Below, piece after piece: positions 1 through 13,385 of a DNA stretch of 64,000 nucleotides. The DNA lies in the NCBI RefSeq assembly GCF_006345805.1, contig NC_043006.1:68758001-68822000 (forward strand), written 5' to 3'. The notes beneath the pieces are model-generated. The model was not told where the DNA came from and did no database searches. It worked only from the letters and a program-made list of their open reading frames with translations. A program made the translations under genes and the position numbers. The DNA comes from Octopus sinensis (taxonomy: Eukaryota). Positions within the stretch are counted from its first letter, which is position 1. Each line of letters starts with the position of its first letter.

Positions 1-312
1 AATCTTATATATATATAAACAACTTATTTAACCTTTAAAGGTATTTTTTAATATGCTGGCCATTGATAACATTTTTTTCGAGAAATTTTATCCTATATTA
101 AATGTAAATTTAATAGTGTTCACTTCCGGACTCTCTCACTCTATGAGAGTTTTCATTTCGAATCGCACGTGTCTCGAGTGGGCTGGAGAATTTCTATTTT
201 GGATATATTTGGGGTACTTAATTGTGCTCATGACTTAGTGTTTGCTTCTAATATGTAACCCCAATCATCAATACAATATATTTTATTGTATTAAACGTTG
301 ATAAAGTGATAT

Positions 313-414
313 AAGGGTCTGATGATTGGGGTTACATTTTAAGAAGGGTTCCAGGAAAACACGGAGTGGTTTAGGAACCGGAGGATGTACCTCATGAAAC
401 ACGTGTAGCCAAGT
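313..414 (+). ncRNA. Type I hammerhead ribozyme-like motif with long stem II
   Basis: GGT-CTGATGA(319-325)-stem II TGGGGTTACATTT/GGATGTACCTCA with inner GGTTCC/GGAACC hairpin-GAAA(396-399)-palindromic CACGTG-TA-GCC; stem I is weak (about 3 bp). Confidence 0.65.
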
Positions 415-512
415 ATTAAAACAGTAGGTATTTAAAATAAAAATTCTTTTTATATGGTGAGATGAAGGGGCCTACTATCTCTAAAATAAAAATATTCATA
501 TGTGTGTGTGTG

Positions 513-553
<41 letters not shown>

Positions 554-647
554 AATGAGGTAATCAGATCGGATGGTCATATTATAGATATTTATTTATA
601 TATTACATTTTTACATATATATCATATCATTCAGATCATATCATTCG

Positions 648-686
648 GATTAGCGCTTTCTCCCAATCGAGTGGGCTTTTCAAATC
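648..686 (-). ncRNA. Minimal hammerhead-like motif, U3-A8 core variant, in a ~155-bp insert between (TA)n tracts
   Basis: Minus strand GAT-TTGAAAA-GCCCA ctcgat TGGGA-GAAA-GCGC-TA-ATC; palindromic stem III. Confidence 0.55.
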
Positions 687-772
687 AAATCCAAACCTTC
701 CAATATATATATATATATATACTATATCTATATATATATATATATACTATATATATTATATATAATAGTATA

Positions 773-1230
773 CAAGGTGTTCTGGCTAAATTTGATGATC
801 TTTCTGTAACTCATTTTTTCAGGGACAGATTGATGTAGTGGCGAATAGTACTGCGATGGAAAACAAACAAGTTGTTGTTGAAAAAAAGTTATCTGACATG
901 GAGGACTGCAAACCATATGAATATTGGAAAAGAGTTACCTGTATCTTAATAACTCGGGTGTGAAAATGTCAACATCATGACTGTTGCTCAGTGCTCTGTG
1001 AACTCTGCAAAGGATTTAAGACGTGACATGGACAGCGGCAACGGAGAATAAAAAGCCGTGGCCAACAGGAAGGGACACAACAGGCGTACTGAGTCCGCCC
1101 GTACATCGGAGTTCATTCAACAACCGATGAACAGGGTCTTAGGCTCAATTCAGACGACATGTTGCAGGTTCCGGAGCCCTCTTGAGGTCGCGGTGGCTAC
1201 TCTAAGTAAACTGTTATTTCCTAACCACAG
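773..1230 (+). mobile_element. Internally deleted Tc1/mariner-superfamily (maT/DD37D-like) relic
   Basis: End CAAGGTGTTCTGGCTAAATTTGA resembles 29621 CAGGGTATTTGGGCTAAATTCGA; 980-1200 is homologous to the reverse complement of parts of 29770-30320. Confidence 0.5.
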
Positions 1231-1278
1231 TTTAATGGATAGGTTTTAATTGTTTTTAAGATACTTTTATTTTTTTGG

Positions 1279-1844
1279 ACTAGCACTATGACCCGGCGTT
1301 GCTGGGTCTAGTGTTACTCAAGCATATTTGGTCTTTCGTGAAAAACCCACTCTCTTGTCAGTCACTTGGTCTAACTCGTTAATTATTCCCTGCATTTCTC
1401 AAATCAAAAAAGCGTGCACGCTTGAAAGCCAAAACACATGATAACGCGTCTTCACAAAACAGAAAAATGTGCTGAGTCATACAGACTGTCTGCAAATGCG
1501 CACGCGCATTCAACTGTCAAGGATAAAATTATCTCCATCCAATCAAAAAACAGATGGCAGTCTATTGGCGTATCTAGCTGTATGCATGCACGGCGTACAC
1601 ATTTCTGTTTTACCGATTTTGAATGGCTATGTCCATAACCTATGGGCATAAGGGGTCGGTTTATCGATTTTTAAATGGCTTTCTTGGGTGACTGGGGAAA
1701 TGAAAAGATCTTCACAACTACTCTCAGACAGTTTTGAAAGCCCATAGAAAATGCGAGCCTTTTACGTGAAAAACTGTGGATTTGTATAAAGGACACACAG
1801 ACACATAGATACACAGACATTTTGCCGTTTATAGATATAAAGAT
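1279..1844 (+). mobile_element. Possible non-autonomous Helitron/Helentron-type (DINE-like) element
   Basis: Begins ACTAGC...ACCCGG...CTGGGT hairpin, ends with a GACA-type microsatellite then TTTATAGATATAAAGAT. Confidence 0.4.
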
Positions 1845-2648
1845 TTATAATTTTTGTTCTCTTTTCCTTTTATGCAAACTGTCTAATTTACACCGAAACA
1901 CCTTATGTGTGTGAGCGTGTGTATGTGTGTATGTATGTATGTGTGTGTGTGTGTGTCTGTGTGTGTGCGTGCGTGTAAAATGGTCGGCCCGGCGCCTATA
2001 GTAAAAGACACTTGCCTAAGGTGGAACTGAACTTGAAACGATGTGGTTGCGACGCGAGCTTCTTAATCACACAAATTTATAAGACAATAAACATTTATGG
2101 TCGAAAGGGTTCAATATTTTTAATAGATTTAGATTTATTACAGATAAAGTGGTTTGACTGGGACTTCTAGTTTCGCCTCTGTATATATGTATGTGTGTGT
2201 GTGCGCGTGTGTTTGTATTATAATGTATATATACAGAGAGAAATGCAATTAGTCTGATATCTCCACGAGTCTAGTTTCTGTTATGGTTAAACTGAGGGTT
2301 ATATTTTTTACAGCGAGACTAACTATATTTCGTTGTTAAATACATTATAACTTCTCTTTCTCTCTGTCTTTCTCTTTGTCTATCTCTCTTTAGATATACA
2401 CACATGCATGCATGCATGCATGCATACATGCATGCATGCATGCATACATACATACATACATACATACATACATACATACATACATCATAAATTACATACA
2501 TTAACCATACATACTATAATTAGACATACATACATATATATATTATAGTATATATATTATGTATATATTTATAAATGTATATATTTTTTCTACATGCACA
2601 CACACACACAAACCACACAACCACACACACACACACACACCACAACCC

Positions 2649-2685
<37 letters not shown>

Positions 2686-3599
2686 GAGATAGATAGATAG
2701 TGAAAGGGAGAGTGAGTGAGAGAGGAGAGAGAAAGAAAGAGAGAGTGAGAGATAAAAGATCTGTAATTTAAATATTTTGTCTTGTAAAATGCAGGCTAGT
2801 TTAGTTGTGAATCATTTTCTCATACATTTTAAAATGTGATTGTGAAATATATCCATTTCATGAGCGTCTTTGGGTTGGCCTGTTAACATTCTCTCAGTAT
2901 CAATTCTTTTTTTGCGAAAACAAAATAGCGAAGAATATAAATGAAAGAAGATAAATTTAAATATATTTACATATATTTACATACATTTACATTTATATAA
3001 CATTTTACGTTTTTGCATATTATTCAAATGTTCGCATTTTTGTTTTTACCAATTTATTTTTCTAATGATTCTCTATCTCATTGAAAAATAGAAAGTGAAA
3101 ATTTTATTTTGGCTATATTCTGTAATGTAAGCTTTTCTTTGAGAGTATTTCTGAGAGTATTTAAGTCACGCATGACAAGTAAAGGTTATTATTTATGTGA
3201 CCCTCTCAAATATAATCAGATTGTCTGATCTAAGATATCTGTCTGTGAAGTCCGATGCCTTTTCGTGACGAGACACGAACCGTTGACCTTTTGTTAAGTA
3301 GAGTGACACTTGTAACAACTGAGCCAATAACTAACATCAGTGTTTTAAAATCTTCATTAAAGTATCGTCAAGGTACGTCGTTCTGTGAAAATTTCAAAGA
3401 CACTAGCTTTTAAGATGCAGACATTCAATTCCGGTTTCAGTATCATAAGCAGATTATAGACAAATCTTCTCCATGGATAAAACACTAACCTACAACAGAT
3501 AGAAGTTAACATTGCAAGCCAATCGGAAATTTGATAGTGCTCCCACTTCTTACAGCTATTAAGATCATTATATCTGGGCTGAGACATTGGAAAACATAT

Positions 3600-3920
3600 G
3601 TCGTGGTAACTAGCACTCCGTCGGTTACGACGACGAGGGTTCCAGTTGACCCGATGAACGGAACAGCCTGTTTGTGAAATTAGCATGCGATTGGCTGAGC
3701 ACTCCAGAGACACGCGTGCCCTTAACATAGTTCTCAGAGATGTTCAGCGTGACACAAATTGTGGCAAGGCTGAACTTTTTAAATACAGGTACTATTCATT
3801 TTTGCCAGCTGAGTGGAATGGAGCTACGTGAAATAAAGTGTGTTGCTCAAGGACACAACGCCCCACAAGGAATCGAACTCAGGACCTTACGATCTTCCCA
3901 AACTACTTAGCCACGCGCCT
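3600..3920 (-). mobile_element. tRNA-derived SINE (family C)
   Basis: Minus-strand head with B-box GAGTTCGATTCC followed by GTTGTGTCCTTGAGCAA. Confidence 0.65.
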
Positions 3921-4129
3921 TCATATATCTTGGCCATGCTTAGAGCACAGCAGAAGCAACTGACCATTCATCTAGGTGTTCTATACCGCGATGATTGTGC
4001 CACCCGTAGCTTTGATAGAGTAAATAGTTCAGCTCATCCAGACGACTAATGAGGAATTCGTCCATTTAACGAAAAATAAATTCAAGAAAAGCTTCAATCA
4101 CTGCAGAAACAACTTGGTAGACAAAAGGA

Positions 4130-4600
4130 GTTATGACCTTATGTTGTGACCCAATACTTGAACCTATACTGTGACCTCATGTTGGGACCTAAGCCATGAC
4201 ACCAAACTGTCATCTATACCGTGACTCTATGCAGTGAACCTACATTGTGACCTTAACCCTTTCGTTACCGTATTTATTTTGAGATTCTCTGTGTTTCTTT
4301 CAATTAATTTTAAATACAACAAAGAATTTAGTAAAATAACTTAGTTATCATTACGCTAGTGTTAGGAACATAAATTGTGACAAAGGTTTGATGGAAGATT
4401 TTAACTCAAAACTTATGAAAACAAGACATTTGTCCTACAGAGCCAGAGGCGGTTTCAGCCAGGTTGGTATCAAAAGGGTTAAATAAAGATTGTGTGCAAC
4501 CCTATGCTACGCCCTTATACTCTGACCCTATGTCGCAATCCTATACCGTGGATCTATGCTGTGGGGCTGTATTGTGTTTCATATACTGTGGTCCTAACTA
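4130..4600. repeat. Degenerate ~20-bp tandem repeat (TGTGACCCTATRC-like) interrupted by the MITE
   Basis: Recurrent tgtgacc/cctatac/ctatgc units on both sides of 4253-4482. Confidence 0.55.
4257..4478. mobile_element. piggyBac-type MITE
   Basis: TTAA on both sides (4253-4256, 4479-4482); TIR CCCTTTCGTTACC / GGTATCAAAAGGG (11/13 match). Confidence 0.8.
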
Positions 4601-5478
4601 ATAAACAGGAAGTACAGTATGACGGTGTATCTCAAGTAACGTAACTAAATTTCAAGAAGAAATAGTCACGTGGTAATGTAGCGATGTAGTTGTTTGTTGC
4701 TGGGTGACAAAATTTACAGGAAAAGTTTTCACACGTTTAATAAATAAACATCGTTATTGTAACAAAACTCTTGTACTTATTTATCCTGTGTGGTAGCAGT
4801 TTCACTGATTCAATGAAGGAACCTCTTTGTGGTCGGTCGCTCCACGTGAAAAGCATAGTTGCTCCCACTCAAATTATAATTCATCGCCTGCAAATGGCGG
4901 TTGACATTGGAAAATGTAGGCCTAGCTATGAAATGTCGGGGAGATGGACGGTTAGTCATGTCTGGAATATCTTTGGTCAAAGGTCACCTTAGTTATGACT
5001 AACCTGCGGAATAAACAACAAAAACAACAGTTCACAATAGTATGACGATCACGACGACGACCACCACCACTATCACAACCATCACTATAAACGACAATAA
5101 CAATAACAACACCGCTGTTCCCCTCCGCCGCCGCCATCACCACCACCACCACAAATTTTACATCCGTCAGCTCAATATTTCATCTAATTTTTGAATTCTA
5201 TAAATTTATTTGGAACACTTAAAACAGCCGCAAAAACAATAAAAATGAAAAAAAATCAACGATCAAAACAGCAGCAACAATGACAACAAAAGCAACAACA
5301 ACACCAACAGTATGAATAAAAAAAAAACAATAATAGAAAAAACAACAGCAACAACAACTGAAACAACAGCAACGACAAAAACGACATAAAACAGGTAATA
5401 AATCGCTCTTAACGACCATTTTAGATGTACTCAGTTTATTTTATAGTTTGTTTTTCCTCAGTCTCAGAGAAGCAAGAC

Positions 5479-5494
5479 AGCGCCATCTAGCGGT
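5479..5494 (-). promoter_or_regulatory. Candidate CTCF-binding site
   Basis: Minus strand ACCGCTAGATGGCGCT matches the CCGCNAGRKGGCRC-type CTCF core, in non-repetitive context. Confidence 0.45.
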
Positions 5495-6282
5495 CTCTGA
5501 ATCAATGTTAGTAAACATCACCCGAGATCGGCGTCCATAGATTATATATTATATATCACATTTTAATGGATCCATTCCACAGTAGCTTTGACTTGTCCTA
5601 ACACTACAGATATCGTTCTTATATCCCTTCACAACAAAATGGAGAAAGTTCTCATATAAAGCAATGAATAAAATTATTATTTTCCACTGAGACTAAATAT
5701 TTTTGGATATTCCTATTGATTTTCTTCTGACTTCTTTTACCAAACAACGAAATTCTTCTCCTGTTCATTGATATCGCATTCCTCTCTAACGTTCTAATGT
5801 GTTTTTCATGCCTTTCGTTTTTTATTCTCGGAAAACCGATTGTCAGCAACATAGTGTCGTCAGATAACTTATTTTCCAACAAACCACTTTCTTTGTGTCA
5901 CTATTAAGTCCAGCCGCCATAATGTGTATAGAAGATAAAGTTGTATTTAATAACCAGTCATAAACAGTTATTTCGCCAAAGTTTAACCGTTAATCTTGCT
6001 ATCAAAAACAACAAAACTATATATTTCATATTTCTCAGTTTTTACTTTCGGTCACTACCAATATTGAAATCAAACTCAGCTCGAAAATCTCTTTCAAAGT
6101 GGGGAGAGATGAGGTCTGAAGGGGAATGGATGGGAAAAGACGTGGACATACTCTCCCATTAGAACTGTAAATGTGGTTAAAAAGGGCAAATTGCGAGAGT
6201 AAATGCCAGTCTCTAATTGCAGAGTTCAAATCACACAGGTGTCAAATTTGACTTTCATATATTCTGGGTCGATGAAAAACAT

Positions 6283-6682
6283 CTTTTATCTATTACTTGT
6301 TTCAGTCATTGGACTGCGGCCATACTGGGGCACCGCCTTAAAAGTCGAACGAATCGATACCAGTAGCTTTTTTTATTTAAAGCGTGATACTTATTCTACC
6401 GGTCTTTTTTGTCGAACTGCTAAGTTACGGAGACGTAAACACACCAACGCCAGTTATCAAGCGGTGATGGGGATAAAAGCAGACCGCCCCCCCCACACAT
6501 ATATATATATACGATGGTCTTCTTTCAGTTTCCGTCTACCAAACCCACTCGCAAAGCTTAGGTCGGCCCGAGGCTATAGAGGAAGACGCTTGCCCAAGGT
6601 GCAACGCAGTGGGACTGAACCCGCTGTGGGACTGAACCATGTGGTTGGGAAGCAAACTTACCACATAACCACGCCTGCGCCT
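6283..6682 (-). mobile_element. tRNA-derived SINE family A (bipartite, internal microsatellite)
   Basis: Head AGGCGCAGG.GTGG...GGTTCAGTCCCAC; body CCTTGGGCAAG...GGTAGACGGAAACTGAAAGA; tail TAACTTAGC..TTCG...ATGGCCGCAGTC..ATGACTGAAACAAG. Confidence 0.8.
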
Positions 6683-7074
6683 ATGTTGAGATTCTTCCAG
6701 ATTTTATGGTCACCATAAACAAATCCTTTTACTATCAGCAACCACCGCCCTCCCCCACCATACAACTTAAACACCACTATACCATTAGCTACTAGTGAAC
6801 CAGTAACTCGCTCCTTCGTTACCACCACCACCACCACCACCACCACCACCACCACCACCACCACCACTGCTGCCAACGTCGCCACCGTTATCACCGACAC
6901 TAACACCAACATCGCTACCTACCCCGCCACTGTACTCATGATGCCAGCACCATCGCCACCACTTCCAACAGCATTACCATACACCTACCCTAATGTTTTC
7001 AGTGTCAAAAGACAACGTGAATGTTAGGACCGAACCAGACGCAGTGGTCTGGTCAGCGTCACTTGACCGCCACA

Positions 7075-7111
<37 letters not shown>

Positions 7112-7227
7112 GAGTGAGAGTGAGAGAGAGAGAGTGAGATTAGAAATAAACAATGATACACACACGCACATACATAAAAACACAGACAGTCATACAAGCA
7201 CTGACACCCCACCACTCTCACATACAT

Positions 7228-7277
<50 letters not shown>

Positions 7278-7559
7278 ATGTATTCACACAAAATAAGCCA
7301 CAGAGACAGATGACAATAACAAAATCCACCTTCTACATTATCTCTATGTTCACCCAAGCCTAACTACCCGTCCACCCCTATTAACTCATCGTATCTAGCG
7401 ATGAGTGAGACTCGGGTATTACATTTCTCTCCGCACCCACACCCGCTCACTCCGATCTCCGACCTTGGCTGTTGTTTATAACCGGAGTAGAGATAATGGT
7501 GTTGTGAGGAGTTGGTAGTATTTACAAACAGTAGTTGGGGGCTGCTGCTGCTGCTGCTG

Positions 7560-7619
<60 letters not shown>

Positions 7620-8388
7620 TCAGTGTGTGTGTGCGTATGTATGTATGTATGTATGTATGTGTGTGTGTATGTATGTATGTATGTATGTATGTATGTATGT
7701 ATGTATGTATGTATGTATGTATGTATGTCTCTTCTGTTTTTGAATTATTATAAATCTTCCACTGAAGAGGGCGCCGGTTTCCAACAAAGATACAAGACTC
7801 CATCTTTGGGATGTAGTTAACACAGACAAATTCACATTCGGAACTTGAGAAAAATCTTGCATATCTATACTGTTCCAGTCACAGATTGCACTTGTTATGT
7901 ACGAATTAGCCGGTCGATTTATCTTTCTGAAGATCCCAGTTTATCCAGATTCTCCTTTAAGCATTTACTTACAAAACCTGGTGCTCCGATTGGTATGAAT
8001 ATGAATTCATAGTGTGGATATAGAAGCTGGAGCTGTATGTATGTATGTACGTATGTATGTATGTATGTATGTATGTATGTATGTATGTATGTATGTATGT
8101 TTGTATGTATGTATGTATGTATGTATGTATGTATGTATGTTTGGAATGTATGTATGTATGGTATGTATGTAAGCATGTATGTGTGTTTAAGTGTCTGTCT
8201 GTATGTTACTCAATTTCATTTCAAGATTTCTTGTCAATAGAGAAAGAACCAGTTTCTAACTTAGATCCCCAAACCCTTCATTGGAATTTCAACAACAACA
8301 GGATATTTGTGCATGTTTATGCGTATGTGTGCAGTATTTGGTGTCAGTGTATGTCCAGATTTGTATGATTTGTTTTATGCATGTCTTC

Positions 8389-9600
8389 TCATGTATATAT
8401 AATTGCGTGTCGAGACATGCGCATATATAACTTCTGGAAAGTTTTACAAATTTTTACAGTTCCAGCGATAGTTTGAATCTGTAATCTTCTAATTCGCTTT
8501 CTTCTTTCTAGTTTTGAGAAGCCTAATTCCTCAAGATTGGTGTTTAGCCTGTTTGTTACATATCCCAGCGCTCCAATAATTACAGGCATAAACATGAACT
8601 TATAATCCGGGTAGAGTCGCTGTAGATTTCTCAATAGTTCAGCGTAGGTGTTTTGTTTTTCACTGATCTTTAGCTTTCTGACGACATCCGCCGGGCAGCT
8701 AATTTCCACTGCGTTAACAGTTTCTCTTTGTCCGAAAACCCCTATGTTTAGTTTATTATGTTTACATTTTATTGAAGTTGTAACTTTGACATTCCACTTG
8801 TACTCATTCATATCATGAGTATGGCCTCTACCATACTTTGGGTTCCTATTTCTTTGGCCTTAGGATTAATCTTACGACGTATCACATTATATAGTGTCTT
8901 GGCTACAACATCATGCCTCATCGGTAGATAATGAAGCGATGAAGTTTTTGGACAGCTGCTTATGATGTGGGTAATATCCTCGGTGTTAACTTCACAAAGT
9001 CCGCATTGGGTATCATATTTTGGCATTTTCCCTGCGTCTTTGACTCCTTTGTGCATTAGGTATTTGGTTGCTATTCCAGGATTGCAAACGCATACTCTTC
9101 AATGTGAGAGTTAGTAATCTGACTGTTGGTTCATGATAAACTGCTTTGATGATCAATGTTACTGTCATTCTGGAGCTATTTGCTAACATAACCATGCATA
9201 GTCTTCTGTTGACATACACTCATCCTTTTATCTGATGATACGTTGCGGTAGAGTCGTGCACCTTCCTCGTGTATGAAAACTTGGTCAAAGGATGCACTTC
9301 GAAACTTGGTTAAAAGATGTTACCGAAAGAATATGATACAATATTCAAATGCCTCTGCCTTCTTGTTTTCGTTTTAGCCAGAAGCGGGCTGCGTCGCTGT
9401 TGATGTGAAAAATTATTAGAGCTGGTCAGTATCTTCTTGGTTTTCAAATCAATGGCGTATCTTATTAAGTGTCCAATCAATAACCCAAACGTTGATAAGA
9501 GTACTCGCACTGCAAATACATTGTGGGACACTGTATTATTGAATGTAGAGAGTTCCGAGGTCTATATGTTTCTTATTCGGCTGTAATATTGTTTAGTGAT
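8389..9600 (-). pseudogene. 3' fragment of an RLE-endonuclease non-LTR retrotransposon (R4/Dong-like)
   Basis: CGLC...EDITHIISSC CCHC knuckle, RHDVVAK, VEISCP..., K..KY-like EKQNTY, PVIIGALG; frameshifted. Confidence 0.8.
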
Positions 9601-9642
9601 AGATGCCCCCTTGTTACAAATATTCACAACCGCCTCCATTAT

Positions 9643-9992
9643 ATTGCACCTAGCTGTTTATATATATTTTTAGTATACGCGTTAGCATTTCGCTAAATCA
9701 TCCATAAATTTTTATGATAAATATACTTATGCTGGCAGACTGTCCCCGTCTGAGTAATCACCATTGACAATGCTTACGGTATAAGCGAAATTAGGCCTAG
9801 TCTGGTGATCCTAGAGGTGGGCATGGGGCGGTTACCTCCCTTGTCAGTATGTGTATACATTGCGCTCTTCCAACAGTATTAAGAGTATTTCTAGCAATGC
9901 AGGTGCTTCAACACCCTTATTCACACCTATTGACGATTAAGTTTTTCCTTTATGGTATAACATTGCGCCTAGCTGTTTACATTAATTTCTAG
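9643..9992 (+). mobile_element. Retrozyme-like element, ~319-nt unit with ~30-nt terminal redundancy
   Basis: ATTGCACCTAGCTGTTTA (9643) repeated as ATTGCGCCTAGCTGTTTA (9962); contains an HHR; followed by (TC)n(TA)n. Confidence 0.65.
9757..9809 (+). ncRNA. Type I hammerhead ribozyme, U3-A8 core variant
   Basis: ATCACCA-TTGACAA-T-GCTTA cggta TAAGC-GAAA-TTAGGCCTAG-TC-TGGTGAT; perfect 7-bp stem I, 5-bp stem II, GUC triplet (cut after 9802). Confidence 0.85.
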
Positions 9993-9993
9993 C

Positions 9994-10099
<106 letters not shown>

Positions 10100-10106
10100 A
10101 CACACA

Positions 10107-10196
<90 letters not shown>

Positions 10197-10497
10197 AACA
10201 GACATACATACATTGTTAGAAAAGTGGGGACTTTAGAAACCCAGGCGAATGTTTCGGTTAGCACCCCAGATAAAGGATGCAGAGCGAGATTTCAACTCGA
10301 GCGCATAGAATCGGAACAGATAACACTGGGCGTTCAATCCGATACTCTAACAACTCTTTCACTTTGATATTTTCAGATATTTCAACAATATTTCGATTCA
10401 TGGTATGAATTCCTAGATTTTGAGAAATACAAAGATTACAGCTTTTGAAATCCTTATCATAAAGTTTGACATGTTATAATATCTTGTAATGGTTTTT

Positions 10498-10715
10498 AAG
10501 GCTGCGAGCAGGCAGAATCGTTACCGCACCGGGAAAAATGCTTAGCGGGATTTCTTCTTACTTTACGTTCTGAGTTCAGATGCCAACGGTGTCGACTTTG
10601 CCTTGCATCCTTTCGAGGTCGATAAAACAAGAACCAATTGAACACTGGGGGTCGATGTAATCGACTTACCCATTTTCCCGAACTTACTGGTTTTGTGTCA
10701 GATGTCGAAGCCAAT
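10498..10715 (+). mobile_element. tRNA-derived SINE family B
   Basis: AAGGC.GCGAG..GGCAGAATCGTTA...TTCTGAGTTCA...GTCGACTTTGCC; same family as 37540, 41602 and 45042. Confidence 0.75.
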
Positions 10716-10979
10716 GTCTTGTAATGGATTTTATAGTCACTGATATTGTAATGTCTTTTAAAGACTAGACTTACTTCGCTAAACTTGTGACAGGAGATAT
10801 TTCAAAGTTTCTGAAATTATATCATTGCCTATTAAATCATAACTTTAGAAATATTAAAATTTCTAAGTCTCTCTAAAGGAGACTACGGCAGCGGTACTGG
10901 AAATTAACAGTTATCGCCAAGCTAATATGGCAGTCCATAAATTTAAGACTAAAGCTGCCGTTGATTAGCTCCAAGAGGC

Positions 10980-12400
10980 CATCGCCTCTAGCTAGCTATA
11001 TGACACACGAACCTGTGTCCATTATAACCTTCGAACAGGGGAGGTCAGCCGCTTCCCCTTGCTGGTCAGACATCTGCATGACATGTTTCAGAGAGTTTTC
11101 AGTTAACTCTGTTGAAAGTTGCACTGATACGGGTTGCGAAAATTGAATGGAATTGTAACATCAATATTCGCAGATGGCAAGGATTGCCATGGTGCCTTGC
11201 AATCACAGCTTTTTGCAGGAACGAAAGTCCATTAGAGATACCCACTCCATGAATAGTTGAGCAGTACAAAAAGTTGTGAGCAGTACAAAAAGTTGTGAGC
11301 AGTACTGATACTGTACCATTCAAGTGATTACATCATCCATTCCTCCTCCACCAGAGTTGAGAACTCAAGGAAAGTGGATAACTTCATAAGTAACAGAGAA
11401 GTTTGTGGTGTCCCTAGAATATGGGGATATAATTGGTCACACATAGACCAATAGAGAAGGCCTTGGAAACAACGAGTTTAAACTATACCATGCCTTGAAT
11501 GAAACAGGCTATAATATCTAACCAGATAACGAAAGAAGAAGCGAAAACCGCCATATGGAGCTGGTACAATGTTGCCAACAGGGACAGTGTACTACTTGGG
11601 AGAAGTTTGTGGTTAGGCGAAAGGTTGGATAGAAAGAACTTTGGTCATGTGCGCCAGAGGTTTTCTGATACGTTCCGTTTATGACGTGCTTACTGTCCTG
11701 CAAACCTAACGCGTTGGAAGATAGAAGCAAGTGGTCTGCGCAAAAGTGGAAAAGTTGAAACGATAGGACACATTCTCTTCGATTGCCTACTAGTCTGGAG
11801 TACAGATACACATGGAAGCATAATAAAATACTAAGAGTACGAGTTGAGTTAGTGGTGGAAATTGCAAAGTGAATTAACAACGAAAAGACCGTAAGTAGTG
11901 GAGAATAAGATAAAGTTTTGCACGGAAGACAACACTGCATGTCAGCCACTGCAAGGAAGAAGAATGGTACAGAATAGGTGGGTGGGGGTACTCGAGAGGT
12001 CTCTGTTGGCCTTGATGGTAAATATCTATTCTCACCTTTTTGCCACAAAGAGACTCAACTTTGTCATATGGTGCGAAGGTGGTAAAGATGACAGAGCTGA
12101 CAGTTCTCTGAGAAAAGAATAGAGAAAACTCTTCCCTCAGGAAAGACAGAAAATGCAGTGAATTAGTTGAACTTTGTGTAAACAAAGGAAGGGAGGCAAT
12201 ATGACTTCCTTGTAGGGTGAAGTGTTACAGAATTTGCTGAAACCAGGGTTTACTCGATGCTCAGGAGGTTTGGATTAGCTGCGAAAGAGGCAAAAAGTGA
12301 TGCCAGAGAGTTATCAGAAGCCGCTGAGAAAACAAGTTATTACATCTGGTTCAAAAGAGAGGGCAAGTGAAGCACTGAGGATGAGAGAAACACCTAGCCC
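10980..12400 (+). pseudogene. Heavily decayed RLE-type non-LTR retrotransposon (HERO/NeSL-like) 3' part
   Basis: YRYTWKHNKILR (RYTWRHN-like) near 11801, upstream Cys/His knuckle remnant, downstream ELTV motif near 12093. Confidence 0.55.
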
Positions 12401-13170
12401 AGAGTCACACCGTCTAATTCAACAAAGCTCGTGCTGTTTTGCGGGAGTTTTTTCGCCTATATCTATAATACCACCAAGGAAGAGGCAGAAAAAATCTACG
12501 GAGCTGCTTCCCCATATAATGAAACATCAACTTCTGCATTCCGAGGCCGAGAACAACAGCACCTTCAGCACTCAAGTATTTACCCGAAATATTATAAGCT
12601 TTGGAAAATGAGTCGTTCGTTTAAGCCCCTTTGTACAGTAATCTACTGATTTCGAAACCCGAATTATTTAATCGATAATTTATAGGGTTAAAACAACTGT
12701 ATGAATAGAAATTGCTAGATTAAGATAGCTGTTTAAATTTCTTAGTTATTATTTGCTATTCTCCAAGCGAAATTATGAAAGCAATTGAAACTTAATGTAA
12801 TATTATTCCAATTAAAAAATCATGTATCTATATTAAATCTCAAAAGAGCAGTAAATAGATGAATTTTATGCTCTTAAATTGTTCGCATCGAAATAAATCT
12901 TATCCTTAAAAACCTCGTTTTTATACTTCATTGTAAGTGGCCACTTTGTTGAAAATAGATATATTAGACAAAACATTGGATTGTCGTCTCTCATCAATTT
13001 TAGCTAAATCACTAGACTACCCGTGACACGCTGGGTCACCTGGAAAGTATGAGTTTCCCAGCAACGGAGCTTTGTTTCATGGCTTATTTTTCTTTTCAAG
13101 GTTATTTCGCATACTTTCAACGAATGACATCGAAATCATGCGTAAACGGCTCCTTTCCCTGCAAAAGGGA

Positions 13171-13272
13171 AGATTTGGCTGCTATTTCTTGCATGCCCTG
13201 CTACCACGTAACAAGTATTTCGGGTCCTTTATCGCAAAAATCTGTTACGTGCTAGAAATAGCAGCCAAATCT
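13171..13272. repeat. Short fold-back element
   Basis: AGATTTGGCTGCTATTTCTTGCA ... TGCTAGAAATAGCAGCCAAATCT, plus inner CACGTAACA/TGTTACGTG. Confidence 0.7.
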
Positions 13273-13385
13273 TTGTAGCTGAGATACGTTGAATACACTC
13301 CAAAAAACTTTTGTAATGGTATTCTCTTCGGGGCAATCTTTCGCTTTGACTCTCAGAACTGTCATCCGTATCAGCTAATTTTGTT

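Noticed and set aside
4130-4600. CRISPR-like array
   Set aside because: Degenerate tandem repeat without unique spacers or cas genes; eukaryotic context.
6203-6718. 171-aa ORF
   Set aside because: Antisense read-through of a SINE family A copy.
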